From Malacoraja senta (Eukaryota): a stretch of 64,000 nucleotides of DNA. The notes below the pieces were generated by a model that was given only the letters and a program-made list of their open reading frames with translations, was not told where the DNA came from and did no database searches. The stretch lies in the NCBI GenBank assembly GCA_038087875.1, contig JAXLNO010000482.1:1-64000 (forward strand). The letters are read 5' to 3'. Of the stretch, positions 48,421-62,950 are shown one piece after another (positions within the stretch are counted from its first letter, which is position 1; every line of letters begins with the position of its first letter). The position numbers and the translations under genes were made by a program.

Positions 48421-49020
48421 GGGATGGAGAGAGGCTCTAACTCCTTCCCAAAAAGAGCTTGATCCCAATGTTAAAGTGCACGGGTTAATGCTAAAGTGTG
48501 GTTGCCACCACATTCTGCAGTTGTTTCGTTTAAACGAGTTACTGCTGTGAAAACTACTCGAGCTCACTAGGGAGCAGAAGCATAATGAAATGAATTATGT
48601 TGGAAAATGAAGCAAAGGTTGAATAACGCCATTGTGGAGAGACAGCCATCAAAAGGAGGACAATTTATTTTGATTGTACTGTGGTCACAGAGTCTGGATA
48701 CCAGACCCAGTTTCCCCCACGTGTCCATAACCTCAGTCAATCCTGTTTAGTGTTTACATTCACTTTCTTGTGCCTGGAGTTTTACTTGGACTTTCCAAAC
48801 GTTGATTCAATGCAAATATTTTGATTTTGCTCTTTTTTTCAGGAGATGTCACAGGGAAGATGTTGGCGAGCTGGAATGGGAGCAGAGATAGATTTACGAG
48901 GATGTGGGTATGAAGGAACTGCAGATGCTGGTTCAAACCAAAGATAGAAACAAAATGCTGGAGCAACTCAGCGGGACAGGCAGCATCTCTGGAGAGGAGG
49001 AATGGGTGACGTTTCTGGTC

Positions 49021-49833
49021 AATAGACAATAGACAATAGGTGCAGGAGTAGTCCATTTGGCCCTTCGAGCCAGCACCGCCATTCAATGTGATCATAGGCA
49101 ATAGACAATAGACAATAGGTGCAGGAGTAGGCCATTCGGCCCTTCGAGCCAGCACCGCCATTCAATGTGATCATGGCTGATCATCCACAATCAGTACCCC
49201 GTTCCTGCCTTCTCTCCATATCCCTTAACTCCGCTATCCCTAAGAGCTCTATCTAACTCTCTCTTCAAAGCATCCAGAGAACCCTCTGAGGCAGAGAATT
49301 CCACACACTCACAACTGTGTGAAAAAGTTTTTCCTCATCTCCGTTCTAAATGGCTTACCACTTATTCTTAATATTCGTCGAGATCCTTCTTCAGATGAGG
49401 ATGTTGCCAGGACTAGAGGGTCTGATACATAGGGAAAGGTTGAGTAGGCTGGGACTCTATTCCTTGGTGCGCAGCAGGATGAGGGGTGATCTTGTAGAGG
49501 TGTATGAAATCAAGAGAAGATAGATCGGGTAGACGCACAGTCTCTTGCCCAGAGTAGGCGAACCAAGGGCCAGAGGACATCGGTTTAAGGTCAAGGTGAA
49601 AAGATTTAATAGGAATCTGAGGGGTAACGTTTTGACACAGAGAGGGTGGTGGGTGTATGGGACAAACTGCCAGAGGACGTAGTTGGGGCAGGGACTATCC
49701 CAGCGTTTAAGAAACAGTTAGACAGGTACATGGATAGGACATGTTTTGAGGGATATGGGCCAAACGCGGGCAGGTAGCTGGGACATTGTTGGCCGGTGTG
49801 GGCAAGCTGGGATGAAGGGCCTGTTTCCACACT
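49021..49833. mobile_element. CR1 3' fragments (49021-49370 -, 49396-49833 +)
   Basis: CR1 3' UTR/ORF2 end, with duplicated tail. Confidence 0.8.
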
Positions 49834-51049
49834 GGACAGACAGCACCCGTAGCCAGGATCCAACCCGGGTCTCTGGTGCTTGCAAGCATTGCAAGGCAGC
49901 AACTCTACCGCTGTGCCACCGTGCTGCCCAATCCCGAGTATTTTTTTAATGTTAGACACTATTAAACAACAGAAGCAAATGCAGATAGTAGCAAGAGCAA
50001 GAAATGTGTGTGCTATTAAAACAATTAATTTTACTAACTCCTGTTTCAGTTAGAAATAATAAACTCTTGCTAGCTACATTGCATGATTTTGACGTTGTGG
50101 TTTATTTTTTTGTGTCGTTTCACAGCCCACGAATGTCATGTTCACCTGAATCTAGCGGAGTTGCCACGAGATTGCCTCTTGATTAAATTTGAAAAGCTTA
50201 GGTTAATTAGTCTTAAAACAGTAATGTACACTGTATAAATATACAGACATGTTCAGCATTATATCACTGTCCATCAGGTACATTAGCCAGCATGACTGTA
50301 ATTAAATTATATGACTAGCTTCCTCCGGGTTAAGACCAAGCAAGCAGCAATCAGTTCCGTTTACTTTAGTTTAAAGATACAGCATGGAAACATGCCCTTT
50401 GGCGCACTGAGTCCATGCCGACCATCGATCACCAGGGCGGCCACGGTGGTGCAGCAGTAGAGCTGCTGCCATGCAGCGCTTGCAGCGGCGTAGACCCGGG
50501 TTCGATCCTGACTACGTGTGTGTGTACGTTCTCCCCGTGACCTGTGTGGGTTTTCTCCGACATCTTCGGTTTCCTCCCACACTCCAAAGACGTACAGGTT
50601 TGTAGGTTAATTGGCTTGGTGTGTGTGTGTCACCCGGAGAAGACCCATGCAGTCACGGGGAGAACGTACAAACTCTGTACAGACAGCAATCGTAGTCAGG
50701 ATCGAACCCGGGTCTCTGGTGCTGTAAGGCAGCAACTCCACCACTGCGCCACTCAGCTGACCTACAACCTACTCACTCCCCAAGTTAATAAGTCCTGAAG
50801 TTGATAACTAGCACCAACTAGTAATAACATGTCTCAAACTACCAGAAACAGGGAATGGCATTAATACACAAAAGGACACAAAGTGCTGGAGTAATTCAGG
50901 CAACATCTCTGGAGAGAAGGAATGGGTGATGTTTCGGGACGAGACCCTTCTTCAACTAGCTCCTTCATCTTGCTGACTTTGAGGAAGATGTTGTTGTCCT
51001 GACACTGAAGAGGGGTCTCGACCCCGGAACATCACCTATTCCTTCTCAG

Positions 51050-51450
51050 AGTTCAGGTAGATGATAAGGGAATAATGTTTAGTGCAAGGTAAAGCTAGTA
51101 AAGTCCAGTCAAAGATAGTCCCACGGTCACCATTGAGGTGGATAATAGTTCAGCACTGCTCTCTGTAGTTGTGGTAGAATGGGTCAGTTGCCTGATAACA
51201 GCTGGGAAGAAACTGTCCCTGAATTTGGAGGTGTGCGTTTTCACACTTCTGTACCTCTTTCCCGATGGGAGAAGAGGAGAAGAGGGAGTGGCCAGGGGTG
51301 CGACTGGTCCTTGATGATGCTGCTGGCCCAGCCGAGGCAGCGTGAGGTATAGTTTGAGTCAATGGAAGGGATGTTTGTTTGTGTGATGGTCTGGGCTGCC
51401 TCCACATTTCGCTGCAATTTCTTGCGAATTTGGATGGAGCTGTTCCCAAT
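51050..51450 (-). mobile_element. Rex1-type 3' fragment
   Basis: Homologous to 16140-16630. Confidence 0.75.
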
Positions 51451-51719
51451 TTCATGCGGGCTTGGTGAGTCTTTTGCAGTTGGTTCTGTAAATGCTACAT
51501 AGCATGCTGGCTACAGGGGGACTAAATGTTTAGCTTGCTGTGTAGTGTGTTAATCAACTGGGCTGCTGTGGCCTGGAGAGGAACTTTGACTCATTTCTTG
51601 GCTCCTCTTGCGGAATTTGACAAATTAAGGAGTTGACACAAGTTACTGCATGTCTTTCATTCAAGTTTATTTTTGTACATTTCTTGTCTACCATCATTTC
51701 TCCTCTGGCTTAATTCCTT

Positions 51720-52340
51720 TAGCTTTAGCTTAGAGATGCAGCGTGGAAACGGGCACTTTGGTCCACCTTGTCCGCGCCGACCAGCGATCACCCCCTCACC
51801 AGTTCTATCCTACACACCAGTGACAATTTACAATTTACAGAAGCCAATTAAATCCAACAAACCTGCACGGCTTTGGAGTGTGGGAGGAAACCGGAGCGCC
51901 CGGAGAAAACCCACGCGGCCACGGGGAGAATGTACGAATCCCGTGCAGACAGCACCCGTGGTCAGGATCGAACCTGGGTCTCTTGCGCTGCGAGGCAGCA
52001 ACCCTACCGCTGCGCCGCTGTGCTATCCTGTCGCAGCTTAGTTTAGTTTAGAGATACGGTGCGGAAACAGGCCTTTCGGCTCACCGAGTCCGCACCGACC
52101 AGCGATCCCCGCACATTAACACTATCCTATACACACCAGGGACAATCAACATTTATACCAAGCCAATTAGCCTACAAACCTGTTGGTATTTGGAGTGCGG
52201 GAGGAAGCCGGAGCACCTGGGGAAAACGCACGCGGTCACAGGGAAAAAGTACAAACTCCGTACAGACAGCCCCATGCAGTCAGGATCAAACCCAGGTCTT
52301 TGGAGCTGTAAGGCAGCAACTCTACCGCTGCGCCACCAAG
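51720..52340 (-). mobile_element. Two tandem V-SINEs
   Basis: Heads at ~52020 and ~52338, with V-domains. Confidence 0.82.
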
Positions 52341-53144
52341 CCGTCCCGTCGCAGTTTGCGTGTGCCCTATGCAAAGAAGGAGATTTCTCAAAATGTGCAA
52401 CCCCTCCACTCTTTCCCACCTTTACTAGTGTTTCTGTCCATTGTTTCCCAAAGCCGGATATTATTTATAAAAACTTCCCCTCCACATGCATTGATTGGAA
52501 CATTTCTGGAGCTGAGTGGATCCCAAGAGGACATTTTGCTGCATGCATATCTCCCGCTGGGATTGTTAAACAAATACAACTTTAATGAATGCAGCTCTCA
52601 TTGCCTGAGGCCGCATTATGCAAAGTTTACAGAAATTATGGGGATTCGATAATAGTTGCACTCTACCCTTTATGGTTTTCATCGAATAACATTCTCTCTC
52701 TGTGGTTTAGTTAAACTTTTAAAGATTTCTTGAAACTTTTCACTCGTGCACTACTTAATCACCATTTTCTGTTTGGCTAACCACTGGCTACGTCCTTTGC
52801 CTTCATCCGCCTCTCTCTGTGTAAAGAACTAGCCCTGCCCATCTCCTTCAAACTTCAGTTTTGGTTTTAGAGATAGTGAGCGTGGAAGTAGGTCTTTTGG
52901 CCCACAGAGTCCACGCCAACCTCCGATCACCCGTACACAACCAGAGAGCAGTCTGAAGAAGGGTTTCGGCCCGAAACGTTGCCTATTTCCTTCGCTCCAT
53001 AGATGCTGCCTCACCCGCTGAGTTTCTCCAGCGTTTTTGTCTACCTACGATCTATCTCATTGTTGTCCCTCGGACTATCCTTGATTGGACTTTGCTGGCT
53101 TTACCTTGCACTAAACGTTATTCCCTTTTCATGTACTGTATACC

Positions 53145-54180
53145 TCACGCTGCCTTGGAAGGGCCAGCAGCATAATGAAGGATGAGTCACACCATGGCCA
53201 CTCCCTCTTCTCCCCTCTCCCCTCTCCCATCAGGCATAAGGTATAGAAGTGCGAAAACGCACACCTCCAGATTCAGGAACAATTTCTTCCCAGCTGTTGT
53301 CAGGCAACTGAATCATCCTACCACAAAAAGAGAGCAGTGCTGAATTACTATCTACCTCATTGGTGACCCTCGGACTATCTTTGATCGGACTTTACTGGCT
53401 TTACCTTGCACTAAACATTATTCCCTTATCATGTATTTTTACACTGAATGGCTCGATTGTAATCATGTATTGTCTTTCTGCTGACTGGTTAGCACGCAAC
53501 AAAAACTTTTCACTGTACCTCGGTACATGTGACAATAAAATAAACTAAACTCAACTAAACTCAACTAAACTAAACATTGCTACTCTTTATAGGTTGGGAG
53601 GTCGTGTTGCAGTTGTATAAGACATTGGTGAGGCCGCATTTAGAGTATTGTGTTCAGTTCTGGGCACCATGTTATAGGAAAGATGTTGTCAAGCTGGAAA
53701 GGGTGCAGAGAAGATTTACGATGTTGCCAGGACTGGAGGGTCTGCGCTATGGGGAAGGTTGAGCAGGCTGGGACTCTATTCCTTGGAGCGCAGGAGGATG
53801 AGGGATGATCTTATTGAGGTGTATAAGATCATGCGAGGAATAGACCAGGTAGATGCACAGAGTCTCTTGCCCAAATCGAGGACCAGAGGACATAGGTTTA
53901 AGGTGAAGGGGAAAAGATTTAATAGGAATCTAAAAGGTAACTTTTTCACACAAAGGGTGGTGGATGTATGGAACGACCTGCCAGAGGAGGTTGTTAAGGC
54001 TGGGACTATCCCCAACTTTTAAGAAACAGTTAGACAGGTACATGGACAGGACTGGCTTGGAGGGATATGGGCCAAACACGGGCTGGTGGGACTAGTGTAG
54101 CTGGGACATGTTGGCCGGTGTGGGCAAGTTAGGCCAAAGGGCCGGTTTCCACACTGTATCACTCTGCAACTCTCTGACTC
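53145..54180 (+). mobile_element. Rex1-type 3' tail followed by CR1 3' fragment
   Basis: (CTAAA)n tail at ~53540-53575. ORFs 53577..53762 and 53759..54022. Confidence 0.82.
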
Positions 54181-55417
54181 TTTGTGATCTGGGCAGTCTT
54201 CCAATTCTGGCAATCGATCTTTTTCCTGTCACCGCTTCATCTGTTGATGCGTTGAACTCCCGTCTCTGTTATGTTTAAATGGAGATGTTCACCATGATTA
54301 TTATAAATGGGTTCATGGCTCCACCAAACTATTTGCAAAAGGAACGTCTTGAGACAGAAGCAAGTACTTGCATGTTAATCCTTAGTGCATTTGTACCTAT
54401 CATGTTAAGCGATTGGGTGCCTGTGAATGGACAATATTATCAACATTTATTTCATGGTCATTCCAAGGGAGTAAATTCGATGATTTACAAGAGGCACAAG
54501 AGACTACAAATGCTGGGCAGTAAAAGCAAACTCCTGCTTTGGATCAAGCAGATTGTTTTTGGTCATTTACTACATCATAGAAACATAGAAAGATAGAAAA
54601 TAGGTGCAGGAGGAGGCCATTTGGCCATTCGAGCCTGCACCGCCATTCATGGTGATCATGGCTGATCATCCACAATCAGTAACTCGTGCCTGCCTTCCCC
54701 CCATATCCCTTGATTCCGCTCGCCCCCAGAGCTCTATTTAACTCTCTTTTTAATCCATCCAGTGAATTGGCCTCTACTGCCTTCTGTGGCGGAGAATTCC
54801 ACAAATTCACAACTCTCTGGCTGAAAAAGTTTTTTCTCATCTCAGTTTTAAATGGCCTACCCTTTATTCTTCCCTTTATCGAGCTCCTACTACTACCAGA
54901 GCGCCCGGAGAAAACCCACGCGGGTCACGGGGAGAATGTACAAACTCCGTACAGACTGGCACCTGTAGTCGGGATCGAACCCGGGTCTCTGGCGCTGTAA
55001 GGCAGCAACTCTGCGCCACCGTGCCACCGATCTGGGAAATCTGGAAACTCATCCCCAGCATATCAGAGCTTCAGAGAACGATTTTCGCAATTCAGACAGT
55101 CTTAAAATGGAGATTACAAAGAGTAGGTCTATTCGTGGCCAGCATGCAAAGAGTTGCCATGCTCCAGTCCAACCTGGGTGGAAGGAATCCAGAATATGTG
55201 ATGGAGGACCATGCGGCAATGGGGAGAAGATGCTAACTCCACACAAGTCAGGACGCTTTAGTTTAGAGATACAGTGCGGGAACAGGCCCTTCGGCCCACC
55301 CAGTAATAAGATCATAAGTGAGAGGAGTAGAATTAGCCCATTCGACCCATCGAGTTTACTCCGCCATTGTATCATGGCTGATCTATCTTTCTCTCCTAAC
55401 CCCATTATCCCGCCTTC

Positions 55418-56238
55418 AGTGTGGCGGCGCCCTGTGGCAGCGGCTCAACTGCAGTCCGTCTGTCTTTTCTTTCTTTTTGTCCTGTTAGGTGAATGTTTTT
55501 GGTTTAAGTTTTACTTTATTTTTAGCTGTGTATATGTGGGGGGGTGGGGGAAACTTTTTAATCTCGTCCCTGAACGGGGACGCGATCTTTTCCCAGTCGA
55601 GTCTCAGTTGTTGTTGGGGCCTAACATCGTGGAGCCGGCGGCCTCCAACCGGAATCGACCTGGGGGCTCCAGTCGCGGAGCCTGCGGACTCACCATCGCG
55701 GTGCTGGCTGACTTCGGAGCGTGGAGCGCTGTGGTGGCGCGCGAATGCGACCCTAACTTCGGAGCTTCGGAGGCTTCGGCTGCAGGCCCTGTGGACGGTA
55801 ACATCGGGAGCTCGCGAGTCCCTGGTGGGAGACCGCTTTTCAGAGTTCCCGCAACGGCAACTTTGCCCGCCCGAATCGAGGGGTTTAAATAGACCCGGAG
55901 CGGGGCCTTACACCGCCCGGCGCAGCTTAAACGGCCACGGGACTTACCATTGCCCGCCGGGGGCTCTAACATCAGGAGCCTCGATCAGCTCGATGCAACA
56001 GTTTGACTGCTTGACCGCGGGAGAAGAATAAAGAACAGAGAACAGGGAAGAGATAAGACTTTTGCCTTCCATCACAGTGAGGAGGTGTTTGGAGATTCAC
56101 TGTGAAGGATGTTTGTGTGGAACTGTGTTAATTGTGTGTTTTGGTTTTTTGCTGTTATGACTGCAGGAACGACATTTCGTTTGAGCCTTGTTTGTTTGAA
56201 TGACAATAAATGGCATTCTATTCTATTCTATTCTATTC
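55418..56238 (+). mobile_element. GC-rich non-autonomous retroelement inserted in a CR1 3' UTR
   Basis: 5' GTGGCGGCGCC, 3' AATAAA + (ATTCT)n. Host gccttc|tccccataacc rejoins. Confidence 0.65.
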
Positions 56239-57722
56239 TCCCCATAACCTCTGACACCCCTATTAATCAAGAATATATCTATCTGTGCCTTAAATATATC
56301 CACTGACTTGGCCTCCGCAGCCTTGTGTGGCAAAGAATTCCACAGATTCACCACCCCAACCAAGGTTCACCAATCCGCACCAACCAGCGACCCCCGCACA
56401 CTAACACTATCGTACGCACACTGGGGACAATTTACAATTATACTAAGCCAATTAACCTACAAGCCTGTACGTCTTTGGAGCGTGGGAGGAAACAGGAGCA
56501 CCTGGGGAAAACCCACTCAAGTCATGGGGGGAACGTACAAACTCTATACAGACAGCACCCGTAGTCAGGATCGAACCCGGCACTGTAAGGCAGCAACTCT
56601 CCCGCCGTGCCACCGTAGCGCCCAAAAGATGCAAACTCTAAAAAATGGCCAGGACTCTTGAAGCTCATCAATAGCAGATCTCCCTGCTGAGCCACTGTGT
56701 GACACTTGCCTCTTACTCAGCCCCTTCTCAAAAATGACTGCAATTCACGAGTCAAGTCAAGAGTGAAAAGCGTTCAATTCTCATATGTGCTGACGACGGA
56801 ATAATTAATTTTATACTTGCACTACCATAACGGGCCGGCAAACACAATACACACAGATCATATCCAATGGACAAACATACTTAGAGTCAAAGAGTGATAC
56901 AGTGTGGAAACAGGCCCATCGGTCCAACTTGACCACACCAACCAACATGTCCCATCTACACTGCTCCCACCTACCTGCTTTTGGCCCATATCCCTCTAAA
57001 TTCCTTCATCCATACAATAACATAATACCCCCAATACTAGTGCAAAAATCCCCTCAAGGTTAATACAAACAAAGTCTATAGTTCTTAAAGATATTCCCAT
57101 AGCAAGCTAGGTTTGTGGACCTGAGGAAAGGTCCCAACCCAAAATGTCACCGATCCATGTTCTCCAGAGGTGCTGCCTGACCCGTTGAGTTACTCCAGCA
57201 CTTGTTGTGTAAACCAGCATCTGCAATACCTTATTTCTACACTCTAGGGCTTGTTGGCTAATTGGCTTTTGTAAAGTTGCCCCCAGTGTGTAGGGTGTTG
57301 GTGATAACATTGGATAAATAAAACAAGTGTGAATGGGCGTTAATATAGGACTCATGTGAATGTGATCAGTGGTTGGCATGGACTCGATGAGCCTCGCTGT
57401 ATCACTCAACCAAAAAAAAATAGTCGTAAATGAACCTCAAGCTACCACACCTGAAGTAACCCATGCATCCCCCCCTCTCTCCATCCTTCCCCTACCAACG
57501 TTGTACCAGTTTCAAAGTCGTCTTGTTGAGTCTCGCTGTCTGTAATTCATTTTCACCTAGCCCACAGCTAACAATGGCCTGTTTCTTTTATCATTGTCAC
57601 CTTTTTTGCATTTCTTTCATTCATTTGCTCCATATCTCTCTACATCACCGTCGATATCTCTCGTTTCCCTTTCCCCTGACTCTTTGTCTGAAGAAGCGTC
57701 TCGACCCGAAACGTCACCCATT

Positions 57723-60405
57723 CATAGAAACATAGAAACATAGAAAATAGGTGCAGGAGTAGGCCATTCGGCCCTTCGAGCCTGCAACGCCATTCAATAT
57801 GATCATGGCTGATCATCCAACTCAGTATCCTGTACCTGCCTTCTCTCCATACCCCCCTGATCCCTTTAGCCACAAGGGCCACATGTAACTCCCTCTTAAA
57901 TATGGCCTCAACTACCTTCTGTGGCAGAGAATTCCAGAGATTCACCACTCTCTGTGTGAAAAATGTTTTCCTCATCTCGGTCCTAAAAGATTTCCCCCTT
58001 ATCCTTAAACTGTGACCCCTTGTTCTGGACTTCCCCAACATCGGGAACAATCTTCCTGCATCTAGCCTGTCCAACCCCTTAAGAATTTTGTACGTTTCTC
58101 TAAGATCCCCCCTCAATCTTCTAAATTCTAGCGAGTACAAGCCAAGTCTATCCAGTCTTTCTTCATATGAAAGTCCTGACATCCCAGGAATCAGTCTGGT
58201 GAACCTTCTCTGTACTCCCTCTATGGCAAGAAAGTCTTTCCTCAGATTAGGAGACCAAAACTGTACGCAATACTCCAGGTGTGGTCTCACCAAGACCCTG
58301 TACCACCGCAGTAGAACCTCCCTGCTCCTATACTCAAATCCTTTTGCTATGATTGCTAACATACCATTCGCTTTCTTCACTGCCTGCTGCACCTGCATGT
58401 CTACTTTCAATGACTGGTGTACCATGACACGCAGGTCCCGTGGCATCTCCCCTTTTCCTAATCGGCCACCATTCAGATAATAGACTACTTTCCTGTTTTT
58501 GCCACCAAAGTGGATAACCTCTCATTTATCCACATTATACTGCACCGGCCATGCATCTGCCCACTCACCCAACCTATCCAAGTCACCTTGCAGCCTCCTA
58601 GCATCCTCCTCACAGCTAATACTGCCCCCCAGCTTCGTGTCATCCGCAAACTTGGAGATGTTGCATTCAATTCCCTCGTCCAGATCATTAATATAAATTG
58701 TAAATAGCTGCGGTTCCAGCACTGAGCCTTGCGGTACCCCACTAGTCACTGCCTGCCATTGTGAAAAGGACCCGTTTACTTCTACTCTTTGCTTCCTGTC
58801 TGCCAGCCAGTTTTCTATCCACATCAATACTGAACCCCCAATACCATGTGCCTGAAGTTTGCATACTAATCTGTTATGTGGGACCTTGTCGAAAGCCTTC
58901 TGAAAGTCCAGATATAACACATCCACTGGTTCTCCCTTATCCACTCTACTAGTTACATCCTTGAAAAATTCTATAAGATTCGTCAGACATGATTTACCTT
59001 TCATAAATCCATGCTGACTTTGTCCAATGATTTCACCAAATGTGCTGCTATCCCATCTTTAATAACTGACTCTAGCAGTTTCCCCACCACCGATGTTAGA
59101 CTAACTGGTCTGTAATTCCCCGTTTTCTCTCTCCTTCCCTTTTTAAAAAGCGGGGTTACATTAGCTACCCTCCAATCCTCAGGAACTAATCCAGAATCTA
59201 AAGAGTTTTGAAAAATTATCACTAATGGATCCATTATTTCTGGGGCTACCTCCTTAAGTACTCTGGGATGCAGCCTATCTGGCCCTGGGGATTTATCAGC
59301 CTTTAATCCATTCAATTTACCTAACACCACTTCCCGGCTAACCTGGATTTCACTCAGTTCCATCTCATTTGACCCCCGGTCCCCTGCTATTTCCGGCAGA
59401 TTATTTATGTCTTCCTAAGTGAAGACAGAACCAAAGTAGTTATTCAATTGGTCTGCCATGTCTTTGTTCCCCATGATCAATTCACCCGTTTCTGACTGCA
59501 AGTGACCTACATTTGTTTTAACTAATCTTTTTCTCCTCACATATCTATAAAAACATTTACAGTCAGTTTTTATGTTCCCTGCCAGTTTTCTTTCATAATC
59601 TATTTTCCTTTTCCTAATTAAGCCCTTTGTCCTCCTCTGCTGGACTGAATTTCTCCTAATCCTCTGGTAGGCTGCTTTTTCTGACTAATTTGTATGCTTC
59701 ATCTTTTGTTTTGATACTATCCCTGATCTCCCTTGTTATCCACGGATACACTATCTTCCCTGATTTATTATTTTGCCAAACTGGGATGAACAATTGTTGT
59801 AGTTCATCCATGCAGTCTTTAAATGCCTTCCATTGCATATCCACCGTCAACCCTTTAAGAATCAATTGCCAGTCTATCTTGGCCAATTCACGTCTCATAC
59901 CCTCAAAGTTACCTTTCTTTAAGTTCAGAACCCTTGTTTCTGAATCAATTATGTCACTCTCCATCCTAATGAAGAACTCAACCATATTATGGTCACTCTT
60001 GCCCAAGGGGCCACGCACAACAAGACTGCTAACTAACCCTTCCTCATTACTCAATACCCAGTCTAGAATAGCCTGCTCTCTCGTTGGTTCCTCTACATGT
60101 TGGTTTAGAAAACTATTCCGCATACATTCCAAGAAATCCTCTTCCTCAACACCCCTGCCAATTTGATTCACCCAATCTATATGTAGATTGAAGTCACCCA
60201 TTATAACTGTTTTGCCTTTGTTGCACGTATATCTAATTTCCTGTTTGATGCCATCCCCAACTTCACTACTACTGTTAGGTGGCCTGTACACAACTCCCAC
60301 TAGCGTTTTCTGCCCCTTAGTGTTTCGCAGCTCTACCCATATCGTTTCCACATCCTCCAAGCTAATGTCCTTCCTTTCATATTGTGTTAATCTCCTCTCT
60401 AACCA
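57723..60405 (-). mobile_element. CR1 (HER1-like) LINE, near-complete ORF2 (APE endonuclease + RT), frame-disrupted
   Basis: ORFs 59656..60360 (GVVYRPP, MGDFN, LGKSDH), 59001..59363 (KSPGPD, NYRPVSLTS), 58522..59004 (YLDFQKAFDKV, FADD), 57640..58446. (TTCTATGT)n tail. Inserted in a Penelope-derived element. Confidence 0.95.
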
Positions 60406-61039
60406 GCAATCCTGTTCTCCGGAGATGCTGCCTGACCCGCTGAGTTACCCCAGCTTGTTGCGTCTACAGCCAAAATAATATCAGTAGTGGGAACGTTTTT
60501 CTGTCTTGAAACTGTTTGGTTAATGCGTTTTTTATATTGTGGTTGTTCCACACATGTTCATTTGGATTGGATGTCATGAAAATGGTTACAGATGAGGAGA
60601 TGTCCAGCTGGCATCACATTGCTGCCGTTTTGCTTCACACAGGAGGGTCCACAGCCTTGCTCACTGTTTGGCAGCTTAATCAGTGAAATCATTGACATGT
60701 TTCTCCCACCGACTGATCACTCCTGGGCCTTCGTCCAGCTCCGGCCCCAGCTGAGCGCAGCTGCGAACCTCGGGACTGCACATTGAAAGGGGAAGTATGT
60801 CTTGTGAGCACATAGCAATTCGAAAGCGCTGGGCCTGTACTCGCTGGAGTTTAGCTGGATGAGAGAGGGGGACCTCATTGAAACTTACCGAGTAGTGAAA
60901 GGCCTGGATCGAGTGGATGTAGAGAGGATGTTTCAATGAGAGTCATACAGCTTGGAAACAGGCCCTTCGGCCCAACTTGCCCATACCAGCCAACACATCC
61001 CATCTAAACTAGTCCCCACCTACCTGTGTTTGACCCAGG

Positions 61040-61360
61040 ATGCGGGAGGGATGGAGAGAGAGGGAACGCAAGTTTACTTGAACTTAGAGAAGTCAATATT
61101 CATACCGCTGGGGTGTAAGCTGCCCAAATGAAATATGTGCTGTTCCTCCAATTTGCGCTGGGCCTCACTCTGACAATGGAGGAGGCCCAGGACAGAAAGG
61201 TCGGTGTGAGAATGGGAGGATGAGTTAAAGTTGTAGTACCTGCCTCAACTACCTCCTTTGGCTCAGTCTGATGAAGGGTTTCGACCCGAAATGTCACCTA
61301 TTCCTTTTCTCCAAAGATGCTGCCTGACCCCCTGAGTTGCTCCAGAATTTTGTGTCGACC
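61040..61360. mobile_element. Penelope-like remnants incl. CTGATGA hammerhead-like core
   Basis: GIY-YIG C-terminal remnant (-). agtCTGATGAagggtttcgacccGAAAtgtc at ~61269-61295 (+). Confidence 0.6.
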
Positions 61361-61684
61361 TCCTTTGGCAACTCATTTCGTATGCCCACCACCCACTATG
61401 TGAAAAATGTTCTGGGGAACAGGTGGAGAGCAATGGAAAATATTAAACATAATCCTCTGAAATATACCAATTAGTTCATCACACACTTGTAAGTGGGGTG
61501 AAACTAACCCTGTCATGGTCATGATTAATGGACACCATGATAGCATAGGAAAATAGTTTTCACTGGTGATTCTAGACCAATATTTCTTCAATATTCCTGT
61601 CAACGTTAGTTTAAGGTTAGAGATACAGCATAGAAATAAAGCCATCTGCCCACCAAGTCCATGCCGACCTACAAACCTACACAC

Positions 61685-62060
61685 CACGGCAAGGCGTAAT
61701 CAAGGACCAGCCTCACTCCAAACATTCCTTCTTCTCCCCTCTCCCATCAGGCGAGAGGTACAGAAGTGTGAAAACGCACACCTCCAGACTCAGAGACAGT
61801 TTCTTCCCAGCTGTTATCAGGCAACAGAAACATCTTATCACCAACTAGCATCTACCTCATTAGAGACCCTCGGGCTACCAGACGTTACTGGACTTTATCT
61901 TGCACTTGACATCATTCCCTTTTTTCTGTATCAGTACACTGTGGATGGCTCGATTGTAATCAAGTATAGTCTTTCCTTTGAATGGATAGCAATCAACAAA
62001 AAAGCTTTTCACTGTAGCACAGTTCAGGTGACAATAAAATAAAATAAACTAAATTAAACA
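61685..62060 (+). mobile_element. Rex1-type 3' tail
   Basis: Homologous to 16140-16630 and 53145-53575. Confidence 0.75.
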
Positions 62061-62950
62061 AAACAAAACTAAACTAACTTAAACTAAACTAAACTAACTT
62101 AAACTAAACTAAACTAAACATAGAAACATAGAAACATAGAAACATAGAAACATAGAAAATAGGTGCAGGAGTAGGCCATTCAGCCCTTCGAGCCAGCACC
62201 ACCATTCAATTTGATCATGGCTGATCATCCAACTCAGTATCCTGTACCTGCCTTCTCTCCATACCCCCTGATCCCTTTAGCCACAAGGGCCACATCTAAC
62301 TCCCTCTTAAATATAGCCAATGAACTGGCCTCAACTACCTTATGTGGCAGAGAATTCCAGAGATTCACCACTCTCTGTGTGAAAAATGTTTTCCTCATCT
62401 CGGTCCTAAAAGATTTCCCCCTTATCTTTAAACCATGACCCCTTGTTCTGGACTTCCCCAACATCGGGAACAATCTTCCTGCATCTAGCCTGTCCAACCC
62501 CTTAAGAATTTTGTACGTTTCTATAAGATCCCCCCTCAATCTTCTAAATTCTAGCGAGTACAAGCCAAGTCTATCCAGTCTTTCTTCATATGAAAGTCCT
62601 GACATCCCAGGAATCAGTCTGGTGAACCTTCGCTGTACTCCCTCTATGGCAAGAATGTCTTTCCTCAGATTAAACTAAACTAAACTAACTTAAACTAAAC
62701 TAAACTAAACGAACTTAAACTAAACTAAACTAAACTAATCTAAACTAAACTAACTTAAATTAAACTAAACTAATCTAAACTAAACTAAACTAAACTAACT
62801 TAAACTAAACTAAACTAAACTAACTTAAATTAAACTAAACTAATCTAAACTAAACTAAACTAAACAAACTTAAACTAAACTAAACTAAACTCAACTAAAC
62901 TAAACTAACTTAAATTAAACTAAACTAAACTAAACTCAACTAAACTAAAC
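62035..62950. repeat. (AAACT)n expanded tail array, split by a CR1 insertion
   Basis: AAACT/AACTT units at 62035-62118 and 62671-62950. Confidence 0.9.
62116..62671 (-). mobile_element. CR1 LINE 3' fragment (young)
   Basis: Intact ORF 62234..62605. Confidence 0.92.

Noticed and set aside
55107..55892. 261-aa ORF
   Set aside because: Runs across unique DNA, SINE tail, CR1 UTR and a GC-rich repeat, so a chance read-through.
57640..60360. Possible active CR1 retrotransposon
   Set aside because: 5'-truncated and split by several stops and frameshifts.
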